In this document: piece by piece, positions 35,829 through 49,624 of the stretch
How the letters are laid out: each line of letters starts with the position of its first letter
Numbering within the stretch: position 1 is the first letter of the stretch
DNA from: Squalus acanthias
Lineage: Eukaryota
Direction of reading: 5' to 3'
Length of the DNA: 64,000 nt
Assembly: GCA_030390025.1 (NCBI GenBank)
Contig: CM059439.1
Coordinates: 63,550,001 to 63,614,000 of the forward strand
The notes under the pieces: model-generated
Seen by the model: only the letters and a program-made list of their open reading frames with translations
Told to the model about the DNA's origin: nothing
Database searches by the model: none
Translations under genes and position numbers: made by a program

Positions 35829-38130
35829 CTGAAGGAAATGAGACACAACATATAAATATTAACCCTTAAAAAATAAAATTTACAAATAAATAATTATTAG
35901 TACAGTTAGGCACGAAACAAAAACCACAACGTGGCTGCTACCTAGAATTGACAGTGATTCTTTGTGGATCTGTGAACGTGAAGGAATTGCCCTTTGACAA
36001 GCTGGTTACGGTTGGTTGGGAAACGTCTGTGCTCATCAAGGCAAGGGAATGTTGAAGGAAGGAAACGGAACACTTTCCGAATTAGAGCTCCCAATGTCAA
36101 CATTAAGTAGTCCCATGGCTAGCATACCATAGTTAGGTGCAGAGTAAAATATCTTCTATACTATCCCAACAATGGTCCCAAAGTTCTTCACATCCTGGTG
36201 GTCACGCCAGGATTGCAGCCCCCCACCCCCCCGCCCCGCGGATTCCCGGTGTCCTCCCGCACTGATCCTGACAGAGATTGCAGGGTCAGTGAGGGGGGCA
36301 CCCAATTAGCATGGGACAAGCACACTTTGCACAAGCCTCTGGTGTCCAACTGCCTCATGAGGCCAGAAATTTCAAAAATGGAGAGTCACAAGAAAATGTG
36401 TAACGGAGAGAGGTTGGACAAGGATTGCCAAACAGATGAGATTTTTCTTGTATCCTGTTTAGTAGAGTGAGAGAGTTGTTAGAAGAATCTCCTCAGATAT
36501 AGGAACAGTATTCAAGTCTTGGAGAGGCATGAACTTTGTAGAGAGTTAAGAAATCTTGAGGGGAGCAAAAATGTTCAGCAAGAAAGGAAGAAGCAACCTT
36601 CTTGGAAGGCAGTTTTATGAAAGGAAGACATTCAGGAGTTCCATTTGAGATCCCTAGCCCTCACCTCGCCTCTCCCTCTGCACGCTGGCATCAGTTGACA
36701 AAGTCCTTGCCCAGCGCTAACTTTATGCCGAGGACAGTTCCTTTGGGGCCCCGCCGTCCTGAGGCTCCCAACCCGATTTCCTGGTCAGTCCTGCCGGTTT
36801 CGGGAGGGACACTATCCTGTAATATTTAAAATGAGGCCCGGGAGTTAAAATGGCCCAGGCCTCTCGCTGAGATCCGCCTGGGGGTTTCTCTCCCACCTGC
36901 ACCGCCACCCATCCCGAACGCGACCCCCAGTAAAAATCGTGGCCGTAGTATCGCTGAATAATTGAAAGAAACAACGTTTTTGCTGCCTAAGAGATTGTCA
37001 AATTAGTGTCCATTAGTGGCAAATTATGGGTAATATTGTACTGTGCATCCACATCAGAGAGCAACTTGGTCGAGAGCCCAAGCTCATTTCATATAGGACC
37101 ATTCAACCCAACAGAGAGAAGGGTCTTTCCTCTCATCAGTCTCTGAGTTTTCTCTCTTTCCACCTCTTGCAAGGCAAATGGCGGCCTGGAGAGTGGGGGA
37201 CTTCCTACACCATGAGTTTCTGGCCCTGGCTTCAGAGGTGAAAGGACAGTATCTAATCCCCCATATCGCCCACCCACTACCGCCAACACCCCCGCCCAAT
37301 TCGTTCTTTCGAAATTACTTCTCAGAAAAATTGATACTTGATCCTCCACAGACCACAGGAAACATCTGTTTCATCGGTAAAGCAGATAACCTTGCTGTCA
37401 GCTCATACTCAGTGGGAGCAAACTTAAATAGAAAGAACTGTGACAGCAGCGACTCAGTCTGGAAATAGATCAGCTCCACTCACCTCACTGGCGAGTGTTG
37501 AACAAAGGTTCGCTATTCTACCTACTCCTCAGAGTCCATTTCTATAACTCCCCTGTTGTAAATGTACTGCATAGTGGGTTATTCAACTGCACAGATTTAG
37601 GAGACCAGGTTTCTACTGAGTTCGTGAATTTCAACTGAGGTAGCTAAAATTAGCCTCAGTGTCTTTAGGCTAAGGATGGAAAAATCCCACTCCTGATCTT
37701 AATCCAGTGATTCTTGATGGGAGGAGCACGCATGGATGTCAGGTGAGGACAGAATCAAACTTGGCTGCAACGCTCCAGTGGTCAAACAGCGCACCGGCAC
37801 TCGCTGTTGGGAGATTTTACAGTGTTAAAGACGCTGTATAAATACAGGTTGTGGTTGTTGTCTAGACCACATATTAAGAATGGCCACTTGGGCAAGGCAC
37901 CAAAGGACAGTTGACATCTGTGGAATTGGAGAGGGAGAGAAGGAAAGTTGAACAAAAAAATAATTACAGCCCTCACAGCCAGCGGTGGGTTACGACCTTA
38001 AATGGAAAACTATTTCTAATTTAATCAGGCTTATTAATGAACTCGGTGAACACAAGGAAAATATTAAAAGGCTGTCTATATCAAATTAGTTTGTTTGAAA
38101 ACAATTTCAAAGAATATTATCTTTTATTCA

Positions 38131-38586
<456 letters not shown>

Positions 38587-38904
38587 TCATGCAAGTCATC
38601 CCCCAGTATTTCTTCAATGTCACAAACCTGGGCCAATGCCCCATCTGGCCATTTGCTGAGTGCTATAAGGCAGCGAATGTTTGATTTTCACTGCTACTCT
38701 CTGCTTGGCACAGCTCAGACTGGGAACAGGAGGAAGCAAGCCTGAACTTATGTCCTCCTACTCTGCGTCACTCACTGCGCACAGTTGATGCCCTGATTTT
38801 TTTCAAGAGTCCAATATTATAGATTCTAAAATGCCAATCGCACTGGAGAGTTTGCAGTCTTTAATTGAAGAAAACAGAGTATGTGGTTGTGGGGGGGAAT
38901 CAAG

Positions 38905-41110
38905 CAACAACAAGAAGTTGCATTTATATAGCGCCTTTAACGTAGTAAAATGTCCCAAGGCGCGTCATAGGAGCGAATATCAAACAAAATTTGACACCGA
39001 GCCACGTAAGGAGATATTAGAACAGGTCAAAGAGGTGGTTTTAAGGAGTGTCTTAAAGGAGAAGACAGATAGAGAGGCGGAGAGGTTTAGGGAGGGAATT
39101 CCAGAGCTTAGGGCCGAGGCAGCTGAAGGCACGGCCGCCAATAGAGTAGTGATTAAAATTGGCAATGCCCAAGAGGCCAGAATTGGAGGGGTGCGGAGAT
39201 CTTAGAGGGTTGTAGGGCTTCAGCTGATTCGATTCACTCCACATGATATCAAGAAACGGCTGAGCGCACTGGATACTGTAAAGGCTATGGGCTCCGACAA
39301 CATCCCGGCTATCGTGCTGAAGACTTGTGCTCCAGAACTAGCCGCACCTCTAGCCAAGCTGTCCCAGTACAGCTACAACACTGGCATCTATCCGACAGTG
39401 TGGAAAACTGCCCAGGTATGTCCTGTCCACAAAAAACAGGACAAATCCAACCCGGCCAATTACCGCCCCATCAGTCTACTCTCAATCATCAGCAAAGTGA
39501 TGGAAGGTGTCATCGACAGTGCTATCAAGCGGCACTTACTCACCAATAACCTGCTCACTGATGCCCAGTTTGGATTCCGCCAAGACCACTCGGCTCCCGA
39601 CCTCATTACAGCCTTGGTCCAAACATGGACAAAGGAGCTGAATTCCAGAGGTGAGGTGAGAGTGACTGCCCTTGACATCAAGGCAGCATTTGACCGAGTC
39701 TGGCATCAAGGAGCCCTAGTAAAACTGAAGTCAATGGGAATCAGGGGGAAAACGCTCCACTGGCTGGAGTCATACCTAGCACAAAGGAAGATGGTTGTGG
39801 TGGTTGAAGGTCAATCATCACAGCCCCAAGACATCGCTGCAGGAGTTCCTCAGGGCAGCGTCCTAGGCCCAACCATCTTCAGCTGCTTCATCAATGACCT
39901 TCCCTCCAACATAAGGTCGGAAATGGGGATGTTCGCTGATGACTGCACAGTGTTCAGCGCCATTCACAACTCCTCAGATAATGAAGCAGTCCATGCCCGC
40001 ATGCAACAAGACCTGGACGACGTTCAGGCTTGGGCTGGTAAGTGGCAGGTAACATTCACACCACAGAAGTGCCAGGCAATGACTATCTCCAACAAGCGAG
40101 AGTCAAACCACCTCCCCTTGACATTCAATGGCATTACCATCGTCGAATCCCCCACTATCAACATCCTGGGGGTCACCATTAACCAGAAACTTAACTGGAC
40201 CAGCCACATAAATACTGTGGCAACAAGAGGTCAGAGGCTAGGTATTCTGCGGTGAGTATCTCACCTCCTGACTCCCCAAAGCCTTTCCACCATCTACAAG
40301 GCACAAGTAAGGAGTGTGATGGAATACTCTCCACTTGCCTGGATGAGTGCAGCTCCAACAACACTCAAGAAGCTCGACACCATCCAGGACAAAGCAGCCC
40401 TGCTTGATTGGCACCCCATCCACCACCTTAAACATTCACTTCCTCCACCACTGGCGTACCGTGGCTGCAGTGTGTACCATCTACAAGATGCGCTACAGCA
40501 ACTCGCCAAGGCTTCTTCGGCAGCACCTCCCAAACCTGCGACCTCTTCCACCTAGAAGACAAGGGCAGCAGGCGCACGGGAACACCACCACCTCCAAGTC
40601 ACTCACCATCCTGACTTAGAAGTATATCGCCGATCCTTCATCGTTGCTGGGTCAAAATCCTGGAACTTCTCACCTAACAGCACCACATGGACTGCAGCGG
40701 TTCAAGAAGGCGGCTCACCACCACCTTCTCAAGGGCAACTAGGATGGGCAATAATGCTGGCCTTGCCAGCGATGCCCAGATCCCATAAACGAATTAAAAA
40801 AAAGGAGGTTACTGAGATCGGGAGTGGTGAGGCCATGGAGTGCTTCGAAAACAAGGATGAGAATTTTTAAATCGAGGCGTTGCTCGACTGGGAGCCAATG
40901 TATGTCAGCAAGCACAGGGGTGATGGGTGAACAGGACTTGGTGATGGGTGAACGGGACTTGATGCGAGTTAGGATACGGGCAGCAGAGTTTTGGATGAGC
41001 TCAAGTTTACGGAGGGTGTAAGGTGGGAGACCGGCCAGGAGAGCATGGAATAGTCAAGTCTAGAGGTAACAACAGCATGGATGAGTGTTTCAGCAACAGA
41101 TAAGCTGAAG
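38905..41110 (-). mobile_element. L2 LINE 3' portion split by an inserted LINE (parts 38905-39217 and 40804-41110)
   Basis: GGRAFSCLGPKLWNSLP and AETLIHAVVTSRLDY. The two halves are collinear with 10778-11400. Confidence 0.8.
39218..40803 (+). mobile_element. CR1/L2-group LINE, 5'-truncated, with 322-aa open RT segment
   Basis: NYRPISLLS, LDIKAAFDRVWH, GVPQGSVLGP, FADD. A-rich tail. Confidence 0.9.
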
Positions 41111-41118
41111 ATATTATA

Positions 41119-41920
41119 GTAACGAATTGTTTGAACAAAATTATTTTTGGTCACAATATGTCGTTATTATTTTGTAGTCCCTCTTTGTATAGGAGTTTTT
41201 TTTTTCTTGTAGTCTTTCCAACTTCGGGAAGTACTAAAACTCTAACTCCTGGAATGCAATCCTGCATGTTTTGGTGAGAGTAGCTAACCAGAAGGTTCAT
41301 CTTACTCAATGATTTAAACAGTTCAGCCTGTAGAAGTGCAGTTTACTTCTAGACACAAACAAAATGGCTTTTCTGAGAAAAGAATTTAAAAAAAGGGAAT
41401 TCAAAATGGCCGACAGTAGGAGTCACCATAATAAGTAAATCATTCTAATTAGCTACAAGGATGGGGACAACTCAGAATTCCTTATCTAAGAAAAGCTTAG
41501 CAAAATAAGGCATCAATTAGTTCTAACCAGCTCAGGATGAGATAAGGTAAGCCATCAACCCACAGATTAGAGTTACATAGAGAATGAACATTGAACAAAG
41601 GGATCCCACAAGGAAGGTCTGGTTATCTGATCTTTAAGGAATTTCTGCTCGTTATTATAATGAAAACCTATGCAATAACTCACAAGTTTGTGCATCATTA
41701 ATCAGTATGTTTAATGCTGTCATATGGCCTGTTCTGTGTTCTTTTTGTATAAAGTATGTTCAAATCTTGTAAGATTCGAAGCATTCTGACATAGCAACTT
41801 GACTGTGTCAGAACCTTCCCTTGTAACAAGTAAACTTTATTAAAAAGCCTTCTTTGACACGATTCTATGTTTAAAAGAGTCCTACTCGGCATGTAAAACT
41901 TCGACAAGCCTACTTAAATA
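41119..41920 (+). mobile_element. Possible solo LTR
   Basis: TATAAA near 41748. ATTAAAAAGCCTT near 41839 resembles AATAAAAAGCCTT in the 7322 LTR. YY1-like caaaatggc twice. Termini degraded. Confidence 0.4.
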
Positions 41921-43247
41921 CGCCTCAAATAGTTGCTGGGGCTTGCTGGATATTAATAACTGTTAGCTCAATCCAAAAGGATCTTCCAGTCATACATATA
42001 ACTGAACAAATCATACACGTTTTCTTTTAATTTGGCTTGACTTTTCTCCTCAAACTTTCTATAGCTTTGGAGACTTCTGAATAAGCATTGCAACATTTGT
42101 ACCAAGTTAGGCTCAGGACATGATTCTGACTGCAGTTGATTTTTAAACTCCATATGCCATTTAACAGAGTTAAAGAGACCATTATCAAGCTAAGACTAGA
42201 CAAAAGTGCTTCTTTTTTTGTCACATCCTGGTCTCCACTCTGTCTCCCTGCTCAGCGCTGCTGTAACCAAGAAATCAGTGGCATGACAATGGATTGAAGC
42301 TAGGTCCTTCCATTCCACATCATCAAACATTGGCCCAGAATTTGGTGGAGCTGGGCATCTCACGGTAACCACAAGGTTGCTGGAAGTGTGAGCTGATAAT
42401 GGCACAGCGAGGGTAACAGGGCATCTAGGACCTTGATGACGGGACCAACAGGCAATGTTCCCCATAATTTTTCTTTGGCCCGCGTGGCCCCTTTAACGGG
42501 CTGTGCGGGCCATTCAAAATTCTGTGCATGCGCGATTTTTCTATTTAAAAGCCGGCTCACCGGCCCCCTGAAGTGCTGTGCATTCGCGCAGCTTAAAGGG
42601 AACATTGCCAACAGGGCATCTCCTTAACCAATGAGTTCTAAGGATTGAGAAATAAACAGAGGAAGAACTGAGACGGAGGGTGAATTAGAGTGAGTGAATT
42701 CAATGTCAAATCAGGTACAGAAAGAGAAATAAGACTGGAATTTTCTGACGCCCGTGCAGGTGGGAATGGAGGATTGTCGGGAGGGAAATTTGAAATACCT
42801 TGGAGCGGTTCAGCACCCCAACGTCATCCCGCCCCCACGCGTCTTTCCCTCGGGCGTGTTTGCCAGCGTGGCAGTGACCCAAACGGCAGAGGCGGCCGAG
42901 CTAATTCAGAATATTATTCGGTACTTGTTAGACCTTTCAAATTCCCTGGATGACCACGGGAATCATGCAGCTCGTGAACCACGTCTGTGAACCTGAGGCG
43001 GAAGGTCAGTGGCCATTGATCCAGCTCATTAGTGCACAGCATGGAAAGCACAATAAATACTCCCACCTGGTCACTTTCCTAAGGCAGATGCTGTTGCTGA
43101 CTGCATTGTCAGCAGAGATTTAGCTTTCTAGAGGTTGCAAGATTTTTCAGCGAAGTCGGGATCCACTGTCACCTCATTGGTACCACCTATCACACCATTG
43201 ACATTGCTTCTGTCATCTCTACTTGACCTGCCATCTATTACATCAGC

Positions 43248-44357
43248 ATGGGTGCTATTTATACAGTATCACCTTGGTCCTCAGAATCGGACCTCGATGA
43301 GCCCCAACACCAGCAGCACCAGGGACACCTGCAGCACTAACAACAACACCAACCTTCTCCTCATCAACCTAATGCTGCACAGGACAGAGGGCATTAACGC
43401 AGGGCTGCACCACGCTGGAGGCAATACCCCCAACACAGGGTATACAGGCAGAGGCTGAGCTTCCTCAACATGACTGAGCAGCAGTGCCAAAGGAGGTTCA
43501 GGCTACTGTGCCAGATCGTCGCAGACATTTGCAGATTGTTGGAGCAAGACCTGCAGCCCAGAGGAGCGGGTGGCCACACCTTACCAGTGGCTGTCAAAGT
43601 CACCAGCGCACTCAACTTCTTCGCCTCAGGCTCCTTCCAGGGATCTGCAGCAGACATTTGCGGCATCTCGCAGTCGGCCGCCCACAGATGCATCACACAG
43701 GCCATCGATGTCATGTTTGACAAGTCAGCCAATTATATCAACTTTGCCACTGATGAAGCCAGTGTTACTGAGTGGGCACTGGGCTTTGCCGCTCTGGTTG
43801 GCTTCCCACGGGTGCAGGGTGTCATCGACTGCACACGTGGCCATCAGGACACCCAATCATCACCCAGGAGTGTTTGTGAACCGCAAGAGCCTCCACTCCC
43901 TCAATGTGCAGCTCGTCATAGGAAGATCATTATGCATGTGTGTGCCAAATTCCCTGGCAGCTGCCATGGCTCTTTCGTCCTGCGCCAGTCCACCCTCCCT
44001 CAGCTCTTCGCTCCTCCAAATAGATTTTCTTGCTGGCTGCTTGAAGACAAGGGCTATATACTGAAGACGTGGCTCATGACACCCTTGAGGAGGCCAAGTA
44101 CTGAGGGCGAGGAGAGATATAATGAAAGCCACATTCCCACCAGATGTGTCATAGAGCAGACAATAGGCATGCTAAAAATACGCTTCAGATGCCTTGACAG
44201 ATCTGGAGGAGCCCTTCAGTATGCACCAGCCAGGGTCTCGAGAATCGCCATTGTCTGCTGCGCCCTGCACAACATAGCGCAACAGCAAGGATTAGCGCTG
44301 CATGAGGAGCAAGGCTCTGAGCGCACAGCCTCTTCAGAAGAGGAGGAGCAGGAGTAA
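43248..44357 (+). pseudogene. Harbinger DDE transposase (HARBI1-like), frameshifted
   Basis: [23 protein letters not shown]|HVAI..NRK..HSLNVQ (other frame), [46 protein letters not shown]. Confidence 0.9.
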
Positions 44358-44899
44358 CCTGCAGTCCAGATGCCACCAGCACCCGAGCACATTGCTGCCC
44401 GGGAAGCCAGAGCCTCATCATGGCCAGATTTACTTAACTTCAGGATTTACACCCATATGGCTGCCATATGCTGCGCCAGGTTCCCACCACCTCACAGCAA
44501 CACCATAAAGCATCCCTATAATGATTAGGCCATTCCTTTCACCCTGACCACCATTGCTGGAGGTAACGTAATGTCTCACCATTCACTCCAACTCACTAAG
44601 CCACTTCCAAATTTGCAGCCACAATTGGCATGACCGGAAAGTGGCGAAAATGATAATTTTTATCTGTCACATCACATTAACGGAAACTTCATGCAAACAG
44701 TTATTAAAATACCCAAGTGCTTACCCTTGTGCATCTACTTGTGTGTCATCTTTCTCTTACGCGTGCTTCTACGAGGTGCTACCCCATGGCTTCAGCAGAG
44801 ATAGAGGCAGCTCGCTCACTTCCCTGCTGCGACTGCATAGACACTTTCAGCGGACATCCTCTGGGTCTTGGAGCCTGTGATGGCCCTGCCAAAGTCTGC

Positions 44900-46667
44900 T
44901 CCGCCTGCGACTGTGCAGGGGCAGACTCAGCCATCGCGATCCCAGGAGGCATGTGGGGCTATGACTGAGGGGGAGGCAATGGGTGAGAAGTGTGGGCGCT
45001 TTGAGAAGAGCCCCCACTTCCATGTCCCCTCTCACCATCATCCCTCTTATGGGCCACCCGCACTTCCCTGCTAGCAAGGAGCTGGAGAGCACCTTGCTGC
45101 ACAGCAGTGGAGCCATGAGGACCTAAGTGTACGTTTACATCCCTCCTAGAGAGGAGGTCTATGAGCGTCTGCCATCTATTCTCCATTGATAGACATCCAT
45201 TCTCCGTAGATTCCATGTGCTCCTGTGAGTGGTGCATTAGCTGCTTCATGCAGGTGGCCATCCTTTCCATGGAAGAGCCTACAGTCGCCATCGTCTGCGA
45301 CACGGTGGTGCTCATGTTGGAGATGGACTCCTCCATTCTCTGCACACTTGCAGACATCGCAGGTCGCAAACCTGTCAGAGCCTCCTGCACTTCTTGCTGC
45401 ACCTCCAGGAACGTCCTCTTTCTGGATGGCCCCCGAGGCTCAGCGTCTGCATGCAGCTGAGCAGAGCTGGGAGTGTCCTGTGCCCTTCGGTGAGGAGTCT
45501 CCACTGCTGTCCCTGTCTCCACCATCTCCTCTTGCTCACTTGTGACTTGTGAGACACCAGGCGACAACATTAGTCTATCTTGCGTGGGACCCAATGAGGT
45601 GTGTGTATCTGCGCTGGTGCTGGGTGCGCTTATGTCTGGTGACGCTGCACCCTCAGAGGCTGGAGGCTCCTCTGAGCAGTCGTCTTCCTCTTCCTCCTGG
45701 ATAGTGGGGCGGGGGGGGGGGCGGAGGGGGGATGGCGGGGGCTCTTGATGGATATGTGGGAGAGTAAAGAGATGATTTAGAAATGTCATATCAAGAATGG
45801 GTAATGATACCATTATGCACATGATGAACATTCACTGGCTGCTGACATCAGTCCCCATATGAGTGACTTCTTTCTGCCATGTGGTTGTATGAGATGTAAT
45901 TCTGTTACCAGGTTGCTGAGATGTCCCCCGCTCTCCGTCTCCCACCGCCAGCTGCTCTGCGACTCCTGAGACTTCCAGGGCGACCTTCTCTGCTGCAGTT
46001 AATGATGGAAGGCACCTCTGGTTCTCTCCCTCTTCCTCTTATTGTGGGCTCTCTTCTCCTACAAGGAGGCAAAGAAGAAAAGTTTGAGTGAGAGTAATGG
46101 AATGAGTGTAAGGAATGGATAAGTAACATATTTAGAGGGTAACGATGATGGAATGGGGTGCCAATGCCAAATGGCCTCCTTGTGTGTTGTTGGTTGGTAT
46201 GATTGCATTAGGATGAGGATGAGTGCACGGGGTGTTTTGTCAGATGGGGATGTGATAATGCAGATAGAGAGAGAGGGATGGGTGGATCTGCAAGGTATGT
46301 TGGTGTTGATGTGCAGGACCAGGCTTGGGAAGGCAGAGTGATGGGGATATGATGAAGTTGAATTTGGCTTTGCACTCACCTTTCCTGAACTAATCAGATC
46401 ATTGAAGCATTTCCGGCACCACACCCAGGTTCTCCTGACAGCAACCCTGCTGTTGACCTCCTCTGCTATTTGGAGACAGGCTCCTTTGGTCTGTTGGGGA
46501 GGTCTCTTCTGCCCATCTGAAGGGAAGAGGACCTCCCTGCATGCTCTCACTCCCTCCACAAGCATATGGAGGGTTGTGCAGGCACTGTACTGCACCATTG
46601 GAGTACCAAGCATATGGAAGGAGTCATCTGAGAACCTGGGTGCAGCTCTCTGCCTCTGTGCAGTCAT
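44900..46667 (-). pseudogene. Harbinger Myb/SANT-like DNA-binding protein gene, spliced and degenerate (exons about 46667-46380, 46058-45910, 45745-44900)
   Basis: RAAPRFSDDS..LVEGV..REVLFP...RTWVWCRKCFNDL|gtgagt, then EKRAHNKRKRERTRG, then an acidic/coiled-coil region. Confidence 0.75.
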
Positions 46668-47432
46668 GTTTGCAAGTGTTTGGAACACTCCAATGGTGCA
46701 GTACAGTGCCTGCACAACCCTAGATGAACCTTCATATGCAATGTGACCATGGCTCCTTTAAATATCCCGGCTGAAAACACGTCATCGATGACGACATTAG
46801 ACCCGCACCATTTAATAGGGCCGGGTAATGCGCAGGGCTGCCTTAATAACTCAATATGTAAAAAGCCCAACAAGGGAGGATTCGCTATTGGATCTAGTAA
46901 TGGGGAATGAACCAGAGCAGATAAGAGAAGTAAAAGTAGGGGAACATATAGGCAATAATGACCATAATATAACATGCTTTAAGATGATAATTGAGAAGGA
47001 CATAAGTATGACGAAAACCAGGTTAATAGATTAGAGAAAAGCTGATTTTGAGCGGCTAAGAATAGAACTTAGGGGGGAAAAAAGGGCAACAGTACTGGCA
47101 AACAACGATGTAGAACAGCAATGGGAAACATTTAAAACGGTGTTCAACAGAGTGCAGGAAAAATATATTCCGCTAAAAGGAAAGAACAAACTAAACAATA
47201 ATGAGACTCCATGGATGAATAAAGCCATAAGGGAACAATTGAGGGTAAGGAAAGAGGCATACATTAAGTATATAGACAGCAGAAGAGTGCATGATAAGAG
47301 AGAATACGAAAAGATTAGGAGAGAAGTCTAAAAAACAATTAGGGAGGCAAAGAGGAACTATGAAATTAAATTATCAAGGAACATAAAACAAAATAGTAAA
47401 ATATTTTATAGGCACATCAATAAAAAAAGGAA

Positions 47433-48370
47433 TAGCAAAATACTGCGGATGCTGGAAATCTGAAATAACAACAGAAAATGCTGGAAACACTCAGCAGGTC
47501 AGACAGCATCGACGAAAGAGAAACAGTCAATGTTTTGAGTCGGGGACCCTTCGTCAGAACTGGAAAAGGTTAGGGAAGAGAGATTTTTAAGTAGGGACAG
47601 GGAGGAGGGGAGGAAAGAACAAAGGGAAGGTCTGTGATAGGATGGAAGGCAGGAGAGATTGACAAAAGGGATGATGGTGCAAGGCAAAAGGAGAGCTAAT
47701 GGGACAAGTTAAGAAACAAAAGATGGCTCTAGGTGAGGTGTGAATGATGATGACAGCATCATTAATAGCTACCATGTGAGGAAACAAGAGAAAAAAATTA
47801 AAAAATATAAAGAAATACAGGGGCCAATTTATAGTCTGAAATTGTTGAACCCTATGTTAAGTCCAGATGGCTGTAAAGTGCCTAATAGAAAGATGAGGTG
47901 CTGTTCCTCGAGCTTATGTTGAGCTTCATTGGAACAGTACAAGAGACCGAGGACGGAGAGGTCAGAGTGGGAGTGGAGGGGAGAATTAAAGTGACAGGCG
48001 ACCGGAAGCTCGGGGTCACGCTTACGGACTGAACGGAGGTGTTCCGCAAAGCAGTCACCCAATCTGCGTTTGGTCTCCCCAATGTAGAGGAGACCGCATC
48101 GTGAGCAGCGAATACAGTATACTAAATTGCAAGAAGTACAAGTAAATCACTGTTTCACTCTTCCCTAAAAACAAATTCTCCTGCCTTCCATCCTATCACA
48201 GACCTTCCCTTTGTTCTTTCCTCCCCTCCTCCCTGTCCCTGCTTAAAAATCTCTCTTCCCTAACCTTTTCCAGTTCTGACGAAGGGTTTGACCCGAAACG
48301 TTGACTCTGTTTCTCTCTCCTCGAATATGCCTGACCTGCTGAGTGTTTCCAGCATTTTCTGTTGTTATTT
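47433..48370 (-). mobile_element. Penelope fragment with inverted pLTR ends
   Basis: GIY-YIG C-terminal part on - (47829-48155). Inverted arms about 47465-47655 and 48178-48370. 14-bp TSD aataaaaaaaggaa at 47419-47432 and 48371-48384. Confidence 0.9.
48271..48306 (+). ncRNA. Minimal hammerhead ribozyme motif (variant stem II)
   Basis: AGUU-CUGACGA-A-GGGU(UUG)ACCC-GAAAC-GUU|GACU. Confidence 0.7.
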
Positions 48371-49624
48371 AATAAAAAAAGGAAGGTTGGAATGGGAATA
48401 GGGCCATTAAGGGATAGACAGGGTAATACCACAGGTAACGATAGAGAGATGGCAGAAATATTAAATAATTATTTTGCTTCAGTATTTACCAGGGAGATAG
48501 AACAGGTAGACATGACATTGGATGATGAGATTAGTAATGAGATAAGTGCATTTAAAATAAAAAAGGGGATACATTAAATAAACTAATCAAACTTGAAGAG
48601 GATAAAACCCCTGATCCGGATGGATTGCATCCACGCATTTAAAAAGAATCTAGGGAAGAGATAGCAGAGGCATTACTATGCATATTTAATAATTCATTAG
48701 AAAAAGGTGTAGTGCCAGAGGACTGGCAGATAACTAATGTAATACCGATATTTAAGAAGGGGGATAGAACATGTCCAGGGAATTATAGACCAGTCAGCTT
48801 AACATCGGTGGTAGGAAAAATGGAATCCCTACTAAAGGAGAAAATAGAAGAACATCTTGAAACCAAAAATATAATAATGAATAGTCAACATGGATTTCAA
48901 AAGGGAAAGTCTTGCTTGACCAACCTTATTGAATTTTTTGAAAAGGTAACAGAGAGAGTAGACAATGGTAATGCAGTAGATGTAATTTATCTGGATTTTC
49001 AAAAGGCCTTCGATAAGGTACCCCATAATAGACTGATGAACAAGGTCAGAGAATGCGGAGTCAGGGGACAAGTAGCAGAATGGATTGCTGGCTGGCTTCA
49101 GGATAGAAAGGAGAGAGTAGGAGTAAAGGGTAGCTATTTACAGTGGCAGAAGGTGGGTAGTGGTGTTCCACAAGGATCAGTGCTGGGACCACTGCTGTTC
49201 ACAATTTACATTAACGATTTAGACTTTGGAATCAAACACACAATTTCTAAATTTGTGGATGATGCCAAATTGGGGGGGATAGTCAGTACTGAGGAGGACT
49301 GCAATAAATTACAGGAGGACATTAATAAACTTGCAGAATGGGCATATAATTGGCAAATAAAGTTCAACACCTATAAATGTGAGGTATTACTTTTTGGTAG
49401 GAACAATAGGGAGGTCACTTATCACTTGGAGGGTGCGAGTCTAGGTGGGGTAGAGGAACAAAGGGATCTCGGAGTACAAATACACAAATCACTAAAAGTT
49501 GCGACACAGGTTAGCAAGACCATAAAAAAAGCAAACCAAGCACTAGGGTTTATTTCTAGAGGGATAATTAAAAAGTAGGGAAGTTATGATAAACCTGTAT
49601 CGAACCTTGGTGAGACCACACATA

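Noticed and set aside
36710-36943. Additional Harbinger-like MITE (also about 16890-17007)
   Set aside because: Only one TIR-like end found and no TSD, so boundaries are unsupported.
43470-44357. Functional host HARBI1 gene
   Set aside because: Lies inside TIRs, has compensating frameshifts through the catalytic region and altered HD/GD motifs.
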